Assembly: GCA_032718475.1 (NCBI GenBank)
Contig: JAUCBJ010002506.1
Coordinates: 62,001-126,000 of the forward strand
Source of the DNA: Nemertoderma westbladi
Taxonomy: Eukaryota > Animalia > Xenacoelomorpha
Length of the DNA: 64,000 bases
Direction of reading: 5' to 3'
Shown here piece after piece: positions 1 to 13,404 of the stretch. Both the position numbers and the translations under genes were made by a program. The notes below the pieces were generated by a model. That model was not told where the DNA came from, did not search any database, and saw only the letters and a program-made list of their open reading frames with translations. The first letter of the stretch is position 1. Each line of letters begins with the position of its first letter.

Positions 1-1116
1 ATGGAACTATAACTATACAACGATAAACGCACAATTTATTACATGCAAATATACAGGTTGTCCCACAAAATTTGACACGGTTTGTTTTCAAATAAATCTG
101 CTGCACCTTAATATAATTCGGGATTATTGGTATCATTAGAAAGCTAGAGTGCTAACTTAAAGAAAGAAACTTGTTGGAAACAATTACGTTGCTATGGTAA
201 CTCCCTCGGCAGTTCATAATGAATCAACGGTTTTTTTTCGAAAGGTGCATTAATAATTAATTTGAATAATTAAAATACAGTAATTAGGATGATTTTAACA
301 ATAAAATTACACATTGTACGATAAATAAAACACGTTATTTACCTTTTCGCCCTTCGATCCGACTTATTTACCTTCCTCGCTTCGCTCGGCCGGTAAATAA
401 CAGATTTCGGGACGAACGGTAAATAAAGCATATTTTATTTACCGTACAATAAATAGTTAATATTTTAGCCTATTGCAGTAATAGACTAACCAAATAATTT
501 GTCAAAAAAGTATTTCTACAGTAGTACTGTAGAACAGAAACTATGTAATACTTTAGTAAAAAATACGATACCAAAAATAGAAAAGCAATATTAAGAATAA
601 CTATTTATATCACGCTGCATAAAGTACCACTTTATAGGATAACAGTTGGTACTTGAGTATTTATACGTATAATTTTATTCAAAAATTGTAATGTTTATTT
701 TTGAGTGATAAATGTTCATTCATCACCTCGGCACATCGCAGATCGCCCGAAACACAGGAGACGACAACTACAACTGGAATTCCGAACCAACCAACAGTCT
801 ACTGCGACTGAGATTGCTTCTACCCATCGTTTGAACTTCTTCTATATGCTAAACCATAAGTAAACAGGACGCCGACTTCCGCTCGTAGGAATCGTTAACT
901 CGGTGATTCGTGGACGCTTTTGGAGACGATATCCGAACTTTTACCAGATTCCGCAGTTCCGGGTTACTATGTTGACAACATCCATGACGCTCGCCAGAAA
1001 TTGATCACACTTCTCCTGGAGTTTTGACGTGGGAAAATTAATCTGAAAAACATTATAGATAAATACATTAAAGATACAATAAATGAAACATAATAAAGAT
1101 AATAAAGAATGCAGTC

Positions 1117-2975
1117 TATCCCAAACGCCACCAAACGGCATTCTACCTTACCCAAACGCCATTCTAACATACCCAAACGCCACCCAAACGGCATTCCAAC
1201 ATACCCAAACGCCACCCAAACGCCATTCTAACATACCCAATCGCCACCCAAACGGGATTCTAACATACCCAAACGCCACCCAAACGGCATTCTACCTTAC
1301 CCAAACGCCACTCAAACGGCATTCTAACATACCCAAACGCCACTCAAACGGCATTCTAACATATCCAAACGCCACCCAAACGGCATTCTAACATACCCAA
1401 ACGCCACCCAAACGGCATTCTAACATACCCAAACGCCATCCAAACGGCATTATAACATACCCAAACGCCACTCAAACGGCATTCTACCTTACCCAAACGC
1501 CACTCAAACGGAATTCTAACATACCCAAACTCCACCCAAACGGCATTCTAACATACCCAATCGCCACCCAAACGGGATTCTAACATACCCAAACGCCACC
1601 CAAACGGCATTCTACCTTACCCAAACGCCACTCAAACGGCATTCTAACATACCCAAACGCCACTCAAACGGCATTCTAACATACACAAACGCCACCAAAA
1701 CGGCATTCTAACATACCCAAACGCCACCCAAACGGCATTATAATATTCCCAAACGCCACCCAAACGGCATTCTAACATACCCAATCGCCACCCAAACGGC
1801 ATTCTAACATACCCAAACGCCACCCAAACGGCATTCTACCTTACCCAAACGCCACTCAAACGGTATTCTAACATACCCAAACGCCACTCAAACGGCATTC
1901 TAACATACACAAACTCCACCCAAACGGCATTCTAACATACCCAATCGCCACCCAAACGGCATTCTACCTTACCCAAACGCCACTCAAACGGCATTCTAAC
2001 ATATCCAAACGCCACTCAAACGGCATTCTACCTTACCCAAACGCCACTCAAACGGCATTCTAACATACAAAAACTCCACCCAAACGGCCTTCTAACATAT
2101 CCAATCGCCACCCAAACGGCATTCTAACATACCAAAACGCCACCCATACGGCATTCTACCTTACCCAAAAGCCACTCAAACGGCATTCTAACATACCCAA
2201 ACGCCACTCAAACGGCATTCTAACATACCCAAACGCCACACAAACGGCATTCTAACATACACAAACGCCACCCAAACGGCCTTCTAACATACCCAAACGC
2301 CACCCAAACGGCATTACAATATTCCCAAACGCCAACCAAACGGCATTCTAACATACCCAAACTCCACCCAAACGGCATTCTAACATACCCAATCGCCATC
2401 CAAACGGCATTCTAACATACCCAAACGCCACCCAAACGGCATTCTACCTTACCCAAACGCCACTCAAACGGCATTCTAACATACCCAAACGCCACTCAAA
2501 CGGCATTCTAACATACACAAACTCCACCCAAACGGCATTCTAACATACCCAATCGCCACCCAAACGGCATTCTACCTTACCCAAACGCCACTCAAACGGC
2601 ATTCTAACATATCCAAACGCCACTCAAACGGCATTCTACCTTACCCAAACGCCACTCAAACGGCATTCTAACATACCCAAACTCCACCCAAACGGCATTC
2701 TAACAGACCCAATCGCCACCAAAACGGCATTCTAACATCCCAAACGCCACCCATACGGCATTCTACCTTACCCAAACGCCACTCAAACGGCATTCTAACA
2801 TACCCAAACGCCACTCAAACGGCATTCTAACATACACAAACGCCACCCAAACGGCATTCTAACATACCCAAACGCCACCCAAACGGCATTATAACATTCC
2901 CAAACGCCACCCAAACGACATTCTAACATACCCAAACGCCACCCAAACGGCAGTCTAACATACCCAAACGCCAAA
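1117..2975. repeat. 32-bp minisatellite (CCAAACGCCACCCAAACGGCATTCTAACATAC)n, about 58 copies
   Basis: Direct tandem periodicity of 32 nt. Related short inverted copies lie at 3332-3426. Confidence 0.95.
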
Positions 2976-3331
2976 CGTTTATTGTTTATTTTTGCCTTTT
3001 CGAAAAAAAACCTTGATATAACGTTTATTGTTTTGGCTAGAAAAGCCCACCCATGTAACCTGATCCTTTACTTTATTATAAGAATCGGTAATAGGCTTGT
3101 CGGTAGTCGCATCGCAACATTTACAATCGCAATTGCATTTAACATTTCAGTGGCTAACAGTTTACAGTACAGTCAGACAGTAAAGCCATTCTACATACCA
3201 GTCTGCCGGTACTGTATTTCAGTATTTGTTAGGTACCGGTTAATTTCACCGTTTACCTATTGACTCACTGATTTAGGATGCCAGGGAGTACCCTATAGGA
3301 GGGTAATTTTCATCCGGCAGTTCATTTTTAG

Positions 3332-3441
3332 TGCCGTTTGGGTACCATTGGGTGCCGTTTGGGTGCCGATTGGGTGCGTTTGGGTGCCGTTTGGGTGCGT
3401 TTGGGTGCCGATTGGGTGCGTTTGGGTAATTAGTCACACCC
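3332..3441. mobile_element. Right end of a foldback/MULE-like element with subterminal repeats
   Basis: GTGCCGTTTGGGT sub-repeats are the reverse complement of the 32-bp satellite core. The segment ends in ...TAGTCACACC, like the GGTGT termini of the TSD-flanked elements at 28450 and 32348. Confidence 0.5.
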
Positions 3442-6084
3442 AAGTTTAAAAACGAAAAAGACTTTCATTGCATTGTGACATCCTGACACCAGTAAATAAG
3501 ACAAAACATTTTAGAAAAAACTGCAAACTAAATCAATGAATTTAAGCACAAATTTTGCAAAATCAACGTTTAAGTCACAGTAGTCAAAGGTATCAGAACA
3601 TTTTCGCCTCCAATATACCGTATATATGTATCAAGTCACCCCATTTTGAGACACACTTTCAAAAAAGGGGCACTCCACCCCCAATTCATATGAAAATTTG
3701 TAAATTTTTTTAGGATCATAATATTCAAACTCATCTATTAGCATCTGTAAAAATAATTTTTGAACAACATTAACCCAAAGTGTCAAAAATTCGACCTATA
3801 TTTTGACATTGAAAAAAAGTGAATTTTTGAACAATGCATTCTTGGCTCTAGGCTAGTGATCACAAATGCGAAGCAATGACAAAATTTATTTTACTATTTG
3901 ATAGACAATTTATTCAGACATCTTCTAATATTTCAATTTTTATCATAACATCACGCAATCACCCACAATCCGTTAAAGAAAAAAAGTATAAGTTGCTGTA
4001 TCAAGTCACCTCAATGTATCAAGTCACCCCGAATTACGGTATTATTTTAAATAAGGAGCAGGTTAGAGAGGCGTGTTGGGGGGACCAAAACAATAAACAA
4101 AAGTTAACACATTCACATGTTACAAGGTTATGCAGGTCTGCAGGTTACTTAATTCTTTAATTGGGTCTTGGGTCATTGTTTTGTACTCAACAAACTGTTT
4201 CTTCCTGTAAATACTGAAATAAACGAAACATTTTATCGGTTAACTCCTGAAATCAAAACACAACACAACTGAAATAAATAATGTATGTTAGGCCTACCCA
4301 GTCTGCCAGTTACCGGTACATTCGCTGATTCGGGCTTAGTAATTCTGTAATTTGTAGATGATCGAATGTAACATAGTTTAGTTATAGGATCCAATGTCAG
4401 AATGTAACATAATTGAGGTTACGTTCGATTCGTAAAAAGGATGTTACATTCGATCCTGACCTGATTACGTTCGATCTGTCACCTGGTGAATGTAGGCCTA
4501 TATACTGATATATTTTTTAACCAAATCTCACTCAGGCAGTCAGGTATTCCACTACCGGTACCGCTATGTAGAATACGTGTAGGCCTATATATCTGTATGT
4601 TATATCAGTATATGGTGCTGGTGGCCTGGCAGCCTGGTGGCTGCACTGGCTGGTGCATACATTCCTAGGCCTATTGCTGTATTGTGAATTGAAATATGGG
4701 ACATATTTCAGTCATTTATTAAGAACATCAGTACAACAGTAGGCCTACAGGCAGTACGCGGGTACCGGTATGTAACCAGTAGGCCTACTACAGTACTACA
4801 ACAGTAAGCTAAGCAATCCAATCATGTAATCCAATACCTGTTTACACTTTACAGGTTTATAACCTGATAACTACAACCATGGCCTACGCTACAACTATCA
4901 GACTATCAGAATCAGATCAACTGACTCTGACAGCAGCAGCACACAGCAGGAGATCCGGCATTCCTGCATTCCCGTACATCCGTACAGCCGTATACAGAAT
5001 GCCACCTAAGACATAAAATTATATTCTGGAAATATAATTATTATAAATTCATTATTGCTTTGTACGTGTTTTCGATGGGGCGTTCTAAATTGTACATCAT
5101 GACGGCCAAATTTACTAGCTAATTTGAGTGTTTAAGTTACAAAGCAAAAACACACTGGAAATTTAATGTAAATGCAAAATTAAAATACTTCTACGTATTT
5201 ATAAAAATGATCTTTAAGTTCATAGCTACTGGTTATTAATAGCCACCGCCTACTGGTAGGTATTGTAGTAGGCCTATCTGTCTGTCAGGCAATTAATAAT
5301 AAATACCAATTATTGTTTATGTGGTAACCATTGACGACGTGTTGTAAAAGTCACGCTACAGTAATGGGACATTATATAATAATAATACACTTATTACAAT
5401 ACTAATTGTACAGGCTAATACAATACTGTAATGTCTTCCAAAGTTGTAAAGTGCTAAATAACAAATCGCTGTTAATATACGCATTAATATAAATGGAAAT
5501 AATACATTATTCTGGAATAATGTAATTTAAGTTGATTTCATGTCATTGATTACTTTGCAGCGTTACGAGTAATTCACCAGAACGCTGTTAAGTTGACATA
5601 ATGTAACAAAACTATTTTATATTAGTTATTAAACGGTAATAGCGACGTATTGTATAATTTTGTCGTGTTTTTTGTGTTTTGAAGTTAATTACACCATCTC
5701 CCTAAATACAACAACCATTTTTATGGGGTCGGAGTCCCACCCACCCCCCCCCCCCCCCCTTAATTTTTTTCAAATTTCAATAAAATGCTACGAAATTTGG
5801 TAGGATGCTATTTCCAAAATTTTTCTTACTGCTGCCCTGGCCGGATTTTTCAATTTCTGTGCAACTTCGATACAAGCCGTTAAAAACGCATTTTTAGCAA
5901 TATTTAACAATCTCTGTGGGTCACTTATTCTTCGTCTTTTGAATGTAATCTAGATATTATAAGAACCGCCTTTATCTGCAGATTCCGAATCTTAAAACCG
6001 TTTTAAATTTCACCAAAAATGCCGAAGATATTATAAAAAAACTAAGGTGTAAATTTTGAGACACAAATCGCTATATAATTCTTG

Positions 6085-6350
6085 TTTTATTTACTCAATA
6101 TTTACCAAGAGTATAGATGCTGCAAGCAACACTTTCTGTACATTTTCCTCATTTACACTCATTAATGATGTGTATGCGAAGTTGATGATCTTTTCGACAA
6201 CGTCTGCGTCTATATCTACATCTCGGATTTTCACCTCATTTTGGTTGGTTTCTTCCCATACACGATTGAACATGGTTTCGAAGTAGGGAGTCAACGCCAC
6301 CGCGAGAGACGTCTGTGCGCGGTGATTATCTTTTCACCTACAACTATTCG
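6085..6350 (-). pseudogene. BTB/POZ domain fragment of Kelch-like type, frameshifted
   Basis: IVVGEKIITAHR, then a frameshift, then ALTPYFETMF...EVKIRDVDIDADVVEKIINFAYTSLMSVNEENVQKVLLAASILL, which matches the KLHL-type BTB pattern. Stops lie upstream and the frame ends right after the domain. Confidence 0.75.
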
Positions 6351-6799
6351 TTCACCAATTCCCTCCTAATGTTGGATAAGATCCGATCAGTCGTGTCATT
6401 TTCTGGCTCAGATGTTGAAGAAATTGCCTCTTAACAAACTTATGACCCAGTGATGCTGTTACTACAGCTACACTGGTACAGTACTGTATGACCACATTCA
6501 AATATTTCCTCTCTCACAGTATAGTAAACTTAAGACTTCGTATAAATAATTTTGATTATATAAAATGATAAAAGAGTTTTGATTTACATTTTATTTGGAA
6601 AATAAGTTTTTAAAACAATAAAAAAAAATATAGTATTAATTTAAGGAAGAGTTCCATATTCCTCAGCACAAAACTACATAGTGATTATTCCGAAAATGTA
6701 GCCTAGGCCTACTAGATTTCGAGTTTTTATTTGTGTCATTTAGAAAAATAATAAGTAGGTAAACGTCTATCTGAAAGAAAAAAAGTTGTACTTATGACT

Positions 6800-7190
6800 G
6801 TATGAAAAGATTCCAAATATGTTACACAATCTGAATTTCGTTGAAAAATAGCTGGGATATGAGCGTTCAAATGTCGCATGGTTATGCACCTGTGCGAGGG
6901 TTTTTTCTATTTAATAAATACACCATCTGTAACATTTTGTTTATGTATTAGCTACGTAATAACATGATTAAGAGGCACTGCATTGTTGCCCAGTTACGTA
7001 TGGGATATACAAAATGTTCCAGAATATGGTGTATTAATTTAATACCGCAGAATAAGATAGCCTTGCTTGGTGCAAAACCATGCGACATTTGAACGCTCAT
7101 ATCTCAGCTTATGACGAAATTTTATGACTTATTTATGATTACTTTTATGACGAAATATGGATTGTGTTACATATTTGGATTCCTTGCACG
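6800..7190. mobile_element. Palindromic non-autonomous DNA transposon remnant, same family as 16773-17685 and 26850-27220
   Basis: Inverted arms (GATTCCAAATATGTTACACAAT ... ATTGTGTTACATATTTGGATTC) and shared GATATGAGC...GCACCTG(C/T)GCGAG blocks. Confidence 0.7.
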
Positions 7191-7449
7191 ACCTGCAGGG
7201 TGGACGTAAATCCCACCGTTGCAGCGTTGCGAATTAATTCGTCTCAGAGAATGAACAATGTTAAGTTAATATTAATGTTATTTATATCATATAAATGGAT
7301 TAATAGAAAGCTTTAATAACATTTTAATTTTTTCTTTATTGATATTCATATTATTTTGTTGTTATCAAGACTACTACAGATTCTAATTGAATGAAACCTA
7401 TCGGGCGCCGTTTAAGCCGAAAGTAATCCCCACACCACACATTGAGCTC

Positions 7450-9700
7450 ACTGTGCTGTGGTGTGGGGAAATAGTAATTTGCAATTCTCACTGTAGTGTG
7501 GGAAAGTAATTTGCAATTCACACTGTGGTGTGGGAAAGTAATTTGTAATTCTCTCTGTGGTGTGGGGAAGTAATTTGCAATTCTGTGGTGTGGGGAAGTA
7601 ATTTGCAATTCTCACTGTAGTGTGGGGAAATAATTTGCAATACACACTGTGGTGTGGGGAAGTAATTTGCAATTCTCACTGTGGTGTGGGGAAGTTACTT
7701 TAAATTCTCACTGTGTGGTGTGGGGAAGTAATTTGCAATTCTCACTGTGGTGTGGAGAAGTTATTTGAAATTCTCACTGTAGTGTGGGGAAGTAATTTGC
7801 AATTCTCACTGTGGTGTGGGGAAGTTATTTGCAACTCTCACTGTATGGTGTGGGGAAGTAATTTGCAATTGTCACTGTAGTGTGGGATGATGATGATTTG
7901 CAATTCTCACTGTAGTGTGGGGAAACATATCCAATATCTTGCGGTCAGCCATACAATTTCCTAATTCATTCCTGTTCTCAAGTCCTGTGTCCTTGAGCAG
8001 GCGTTTGAGGAAAGTCATTGGCTGTCCACCACGTCTATTCTCGCCAGCAGGCTGCCACAGCACAAGGGTGTGTACAGGTTGATCCTCAATGTGGAGTGCC
8101 CAGCAAGCATTAGACGGCGTTTCTGACGGGGTAGTGTGGGAAGTAATTTGCAAATCACACTGTGGTGTGGGGAAATAATTTGCAATTCTCACTGTGGTGT
8201 GGGGAAGTAATTGGCAATTCTCACTGTGGTATGTGGGGAAGTAATTGGCAATTCTCACTGTGGTATGTGGGGAAGTAATTTGCAATTCTCACTGTGGTGT
8301 GGGGAAGTAATTGGGAATTCTCACTGTGGTGTGGGGAAGTAATTTGCAATTCTCACTGTGGTGTGGGGAAGTAATTGGCAATTCTCACTGTGGTATGTGG
8401 GGAAGTAATTGGCAATTCTCACTGTGGTGTGGGGAAGTAATTTGCAATTCTCACTGTGGTGTGGGGAAGTAATTGGCAATTCTCACTGTGGTGTGGGGAA
8501 GTAATTTGCAATTCTCACTGTGGTGTGGGGAAGTAATTGGCAATTCTCACTGTGGGGGGGAAGTATTGGCAATTCTCACTGTGGTGTGGGAATATTTGCA
8601 ATTCTCACTGTGGTGTGGGGAAGTAATTTGCAATTCTCACTGTGGTGTGGGGAAGTAATTTGCAATTCTCACTGTGGTGTGGGGAAGTAATTTGCAATTC
8701 TCACTGTCGTGTGGGGAAGTGATTTGCAATTCTCACTGTAGTGTGGGGAAATTATTTGCAATTCTCACTGTGGTGTGTGGGGGAAATAATTGGCAATTCT
8801 CACTGTGGTGTGGGGAAGTAATTGGCAATTCTCACTGTGGTATGTGGGGAAGTAATTGGCAATTCTCACTGTGGTCATTCTCACTGTAGTGTGGGGAAGT
8901 TATTTGCAATTCTCACTGTGGTGTGGGGAAGTAATTGGGAATTCTCACTGTGGTATGTGGGGAAGTATTTTGCAATTCTCACTGTGGTGTGGGGAAGTAA
9001 TTGGCAATTCTCACTGTGGTATGTGGGGAAGTAATTGGCAATTCTCACTGTGGTGTGGGGAAGTAATTGGCAATTCTCACTGTGGTATGTGGGGGAAGTA
9101 ATTGGCAATTCTCACTGTGGTGTGGGGAAGTAATTGACAATTCTCCCTGTGGTGTGGGGAAGGCAATTCTCAATGTGGTGTGGGGAGATTATTTGCAATT
9201 CTCACTGCAGTGTGGGGAAGTAATTTGCAATTCTCAATGTGGTGTGGGGAAATTATTTGCATTTCTCACTGTAGTTTGGGGAAATTATTTGCAATTCTCA
9301 CTGTGGTGTGGGGAAGTAATTTGCAAATCTCACTGTGGTGTGGGGAAATAATTTGCAATTTTCACTGTGGTGTGGGGAAGTAATTTGCATTTCTCAATGT
9401 GGTGTGGGGAAATTATTGGCAATTCTCAATGTGGTGTGGGGAAATTATTTGCCATTCTCACTGTAGTGTGGGGAGTAATTTGCAATTCTCACTGTGGTGT
9501 GGGGAAGTAATTTGCAATTCTCACTGTGGTGTGGGGAAGTAATTTACAATCTCAATGTGGTGTGGGGAAATTATTTGCAATTCTCACTGTAGTGTGGAGA
9601 AGTAATTAGAAATTCTCAATGTGGTGTGGGGAAATTATTTGCAATTCTCACTGTAGTGTGGGGAAATTATTTGCAATTATCACTCTAGTGTGGGGGTATT
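7450..9700. repeat. 32-bp minisatellite (GTGGGGAAGTAATTTGCAATTCTCACTGTGGT)n, interrupted by a LINE fragment
   Basis: Direct 32-nt periodicity. One inverted partial copy at about 7424-7440. Confidence 0.95.
7925..8125 (-). mobile_element. 3' fragment of an RTE-like non-LTR retrotransposon inside the satellite
   Basis: Translates EDQPVHTLVLWQPAGENRRGGQPMTFLKRLLKDTGLENRNELGNCMADR, resembling the RTE ORF C-terminus (W.P...RRG.P...L..DTG...M.DR). A short (ATC)n run lies near 7886. Confidence 0.65.
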
Positions 9701-9841
9701 TCTACGCCAAAACTAAAAGGCTGGTGGGAAATTCAAATGCAGGGCAAAATTAATGTTTGCACTAACAAACGACCCTGTCACTCCCAGTTAGGTTTAATTA
9801 AACCAAATACAGTTCGCCAAATATAATGATTGAAAACGCAG

Positions 9842-9854
9842 GTTGCTAAGTAAC
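9842..9854. promoter_or_regulatory. Candidate RFX X-box
   Basis: GTTGCTAAGTAAC, about 370 bp upstream of the ATG of a ciliary transition-zone gene. Confidence 0.55.
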
Positions 9855-10226
9855 CTGTAAACGGCTATGCCCTGTGCTAGTTCCGATTTCAACTGTCAGA
9901 TTATCAGCTGTCACATGTTCAAATCTCGGAACTGAACTACCGGTATTATAGGCCTACCTAAAGGCACCGTTTAACTCAAGCACTGCAAACGTGATCACTA
10001 AAAAACTGCTGCTGCTGCTGCAGACTGCAGCTACCTCTGCCTATTGAAACTAGTTTCAGAGTTTATTGTATGTTAACTCAGGATAATATTTATGTGCTGT
10101 TGTTATTTCAATTGGCTGATGATAGGGAATAGGCCTAATAAATTTCGCGCTGGATGACATTATAACTGTACAGTGTACACTTGCTTGATTGTTTATTGAA
10201 TGGCATTGTGGAAACCTTTTGCAGGA

Positions 10227-10287
10227 ATGTCGTTGCCCAGATTAAACTACCTGCTATTAATTATCTTTCTGGCAGGATTTTATAACG
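10227..10287 (+). CDS. TCTN: Tectonic-like gene, coding exon 1 (signal peptide)
   Basis: MSLPRLNYLLLIIFLAGFYN-G. Acceptor ttttgcag at 10224 and donor GTAAGT at 10288. Phase 1 matches the next exon. Confidence 0.75.
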
Positions 10288-10829
10288 GTAAGTCAGTGAG
10301 TTGTGAGTGTATCTACTATAACTACACATTTACGCATTTACCGGTAGGTCTGTGGACCGCACCGCAGTAAGGTGCTGGTTACTGTTAGAAGTTAAATAAT
10401 ACCGTATGTAGGCGGTAGGCCTACCAACTACGCCAACCTACTACCGGTAACGGTAAGGTACCGTAACATGGGTTTAAGGCTTTTTGACGAAATATAAATT
10501 TTTTTTGTTTTCTTGCGTGCCATTTCTTCAATTTCCAATAAATTTGCATGAAATTCGATACCGAAGGCAATTCCGTACCGACGGCAAGGCAGGATTGTGT
10601 AGGCCTAACTACACAATTCATAGCGGTACTCAATACCACGTAACCCGGACCACGTAATGTGGCCGAAAATTCTCCCCCCATTTTAGTTTAATTTGGTGTA
10701 TTTACGTAATATTAATATAATATTTATGTATTCTATTTCAATAGCTTATTAATAATATAAATTTGCCTATTTACATTGTATTTATTATCGTTTTTTTGGT
10801 ATAGAAATCAATCTTTACATTTTACAAGT

Positions 10830-11795
10830 ACGATGGGGTAGTTCAGTATTTACATACTTTCCAGCTTCTAATGGTGTGAAGCAAGGCGGGTCCTATATGG
10901 GTACTTTTTTAAAGTATACATACATGGATGATTTATGTAAAATACTTTCAGATTGTAATGTAGGTTGTAGGAAGGATGGTAAATGTAACAATAATATAAT
11001 GTATGGTGACGATATAGGTTTACTCTCGAATTCAATAATAGGGTTACTCCCCTCTGTTACAACGTTTACTTAACAAATGCCAAGACTTCGCAAACGAACA
11101 TGGTATAATTTTTAACCTCAAGAAAAAAAAAGTACTAATTTTAGTAGCGAAAAATAGTACTCTACGACATGGCTCCGGTCTATTTATACGGTAAACCAAT
11201 TATTATAGCAGATAGATACACATATTTAGGACATATAAATCACGATACACGTGATGACGATTTTGATATAAAAAAGACAATTAGAGGTCTTTTTGCTCGG
11301 GGCAATTTACTGGTCAGAAAATTTTTCACAATGTTCAGTAGGTGTAAAATGTTTATTATTTCGTGCTTTTATAACTCCACTTTATTGTAATGATCTTTGG
11401 ACTTTTGACGTATGAATTATTCAAATTTAGTGTATAAAAGGCTAAAGGTGGCTTATAATAACGCAGCAAGATTATTATTTTAAATTCCAGCAATATCTAG
11501 TATGTCACTATTTTTTTTGAAACACACAACTTACCTTGTTTCGTACACATCAGAGCTAATGCAATATTAAGTTTGTTTTCATGAATTTCAAGTACAGATA
11601 ACTATGATTATCTGACATATTCATAACACAGTTGTCGGTTCAAGGTTACAATCTATGCAAATTATGTCTAACTGGATTTAACTCAACTATATTTATTTAT
11701 ATTTTGTTCAATATTTGTGCTTTCTTACTTGACTATCATCTGATTTATGTGTTGGTCTTCACTTGTCTGTTTTAAGCATTAAATAAATAAATAAT
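10830..11795 (+). mobile_element. Decayed LINE reverse transcriptase (RTE-X/L2-like)
   Basis: GVKQGG, YMDDL, MYGDD and YTYLG motifs spread across frameshifted ORFs 10876-11073 and 11169-11390. (TAAA)n tail near 11780. Confidence 0.85.
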
Positions 11796-12170
11796 ATTTA
11801 ATTATAATAATATAGATATAATTAAAATGATTAGGTGTAATATAATTTGAATACATTAATTTATATTTATTAATCAATGGTGTTTGGGCTGTACTCTAAA
11901 AAATTAATAAAAAATAATTAAATAGAACCCATCAAGAGAACATAATAATATCAATGAAATGGTTAATTACAACGTTTTCCAAAAAGATTCAAAGTTTCAC
12001 TGGTCAGAATAGTGTTTTGGGCAGTTTCTAAACAAATTCAAATCGGCGTGTGTCAAAGTAATTATTCCCCATAATACGTAGGCTGAACTGAAAAGGTCCG
12101 AGTTTATTTTAGTTATTATTTCAGCGAACTGCCACTGCATACCAAATCTTATCCTGCCGTTAACTTTCAG

Positions 12171-12312
12171 GATTGTGTCAATTGAATTCCGCCACGCCAC
12201 CATGTTCCTGCGATCTGTTAGCCAATCGATGTGAAACTAACTGTTGCTGCGACTCCGATTGTACCGCCACTGACACCGCATTATTCTCTAAATGTTTGGA
12301 ACTCAAGGCGAG
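12171..12312 (+). CDS. TCTN: Tectonic-like gene, coding exon 2 (Cys-rich domain)
   Basis: Acceptor ctttcag. Encodes LCQLNSATPPCSCDLLANRCETNCCCDSDCTATDTALFSKC, the Tectonic CxCDLxxxxCxxNCCCDxDC signature. The donor GTTCGG is weak but phase-compatible. Confidence 0.88.
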
Positions 12313-13285
12313 GTTCGGCTTTCTTTTACTTAATTTATAAGTAAATAGGAAATACACTGATTGTTCGTTGCTGTGCAGTATAATATTACAGTGGTAGTAA
12401 AAAATAACACAATAAAGCTCTTATGTAGGTGTAATGTTTTTCCATAGTACCCTGTATTGTATCTGTGTTACTAAATGAGTCTCGTGCAGCGCGATGGCCC
12501 CGTGAACGTGTTACCACCAATAAAGCTTACTTTAAATAAAGTTTTTTAATATTATGCAGGTTATATTCATGACGTACGAAATACACATCCTACATACATC
12601 ACGTAGACCCAGTATATAGTGTCTTATTGCAGGTGGAGATTATTAATGAAATGCTACAGAATCAGTTATTATCTCTCAGAACATTTTATTTTCGTTGAGA
12701 AAACACTGATAATATAATATGATCGTCGATCATTAGCACGCGAGGATATTTATTAATAAAATTCTAGAACACTATCAATAAATAATAAATATTAGATAAA
12801 CTCTGTTCTAGAATGTTAGACAATTACATTTGCCAAGTTTCAAATACACATAGTATTTCAGCTCTTTGTCATCCAAATTTAGATGCTTTCACCCACATGC
12901 AATCCTTGTAAGAACAACCTTCTATCGGTACCAACAAATAGCGAAATGTTAAGGAGACAACCCGTAAAATATCGGTGGAGAAAGAAGGAACTGTTGAGTG
13001 TTGACCTAATCAAATTGAAATTCCCTCCAGGGGAAATCACAAACAACAGCTGATTGCGAACCAACATTTGACTGTAACCTGTGCATCAAATAGAGGGAGG
13101 GGGGGCTATTTTCAAAGGTATTTTAAGGGGAGAAGGGGAGGGTACCTGAAATATGACACTATTATATACTACAGGAAAAATTGTGTATTTTCCGTGATCC
13201 AGTCTCTTATTGGACATTTTCACGTTAATTATTTATCATTGACAATCTTAAAGTAATAATCCAAGCTACCACATATTATTTACAG

Positions 13286-13404
13286 GAAGGATGGATTCTC
13301 GTGTGTTCGTACTGGAGTAATAGAGTTGACGAATCTGCCTAGTAGTATAAATGCGGTTGATCAGCAAGGGACCCCTGATTTATTCTGTGTTCAGTTCGAT
13401 AACA
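13286..13404 (+). CDS. TCTN: Tectonic-like gene, coding exon 3
   Basis: tttacag ... GTGAGT. Encodes KDGFSCVRTGVIELTNLPSSINAVDQQGTPDLFCVQFDN, comparable to the Tectonic P.(I/L)FC(I/V)..N motif. Phases 2 and 1 fit both neighbours. Confidence 0.88.

Noticed and set aside
188-201. Perfect X-box GTTGCTATGGTAAC
   Set aside because: It lies in sequence resembling a TA-CAG-ended MITE, and no gene can be linked to it.
945-4213. Possible minus-strand exons (4149-4213 MTQDPIKEL; 945-1042 INFPTSKLQEKCDQF...)
   Set aside because: The splice sites are plausible, but the phases do not join directly and I recognise no protein family. RNA-seq is needed.
967-9383. Numerous repetitive ORFs in the 32-bp arrays (also 33940-34677, 35213-35398 and 63599-63956)
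   Set aside because: These are translation artefacts of tandem repeats, open in several frames and on both strands.
12861-12906. Possible extra Tectonic exon
   Set aside because: It would break the phase. Exon 2 joins 13286 cleanly with a family-like sequence.
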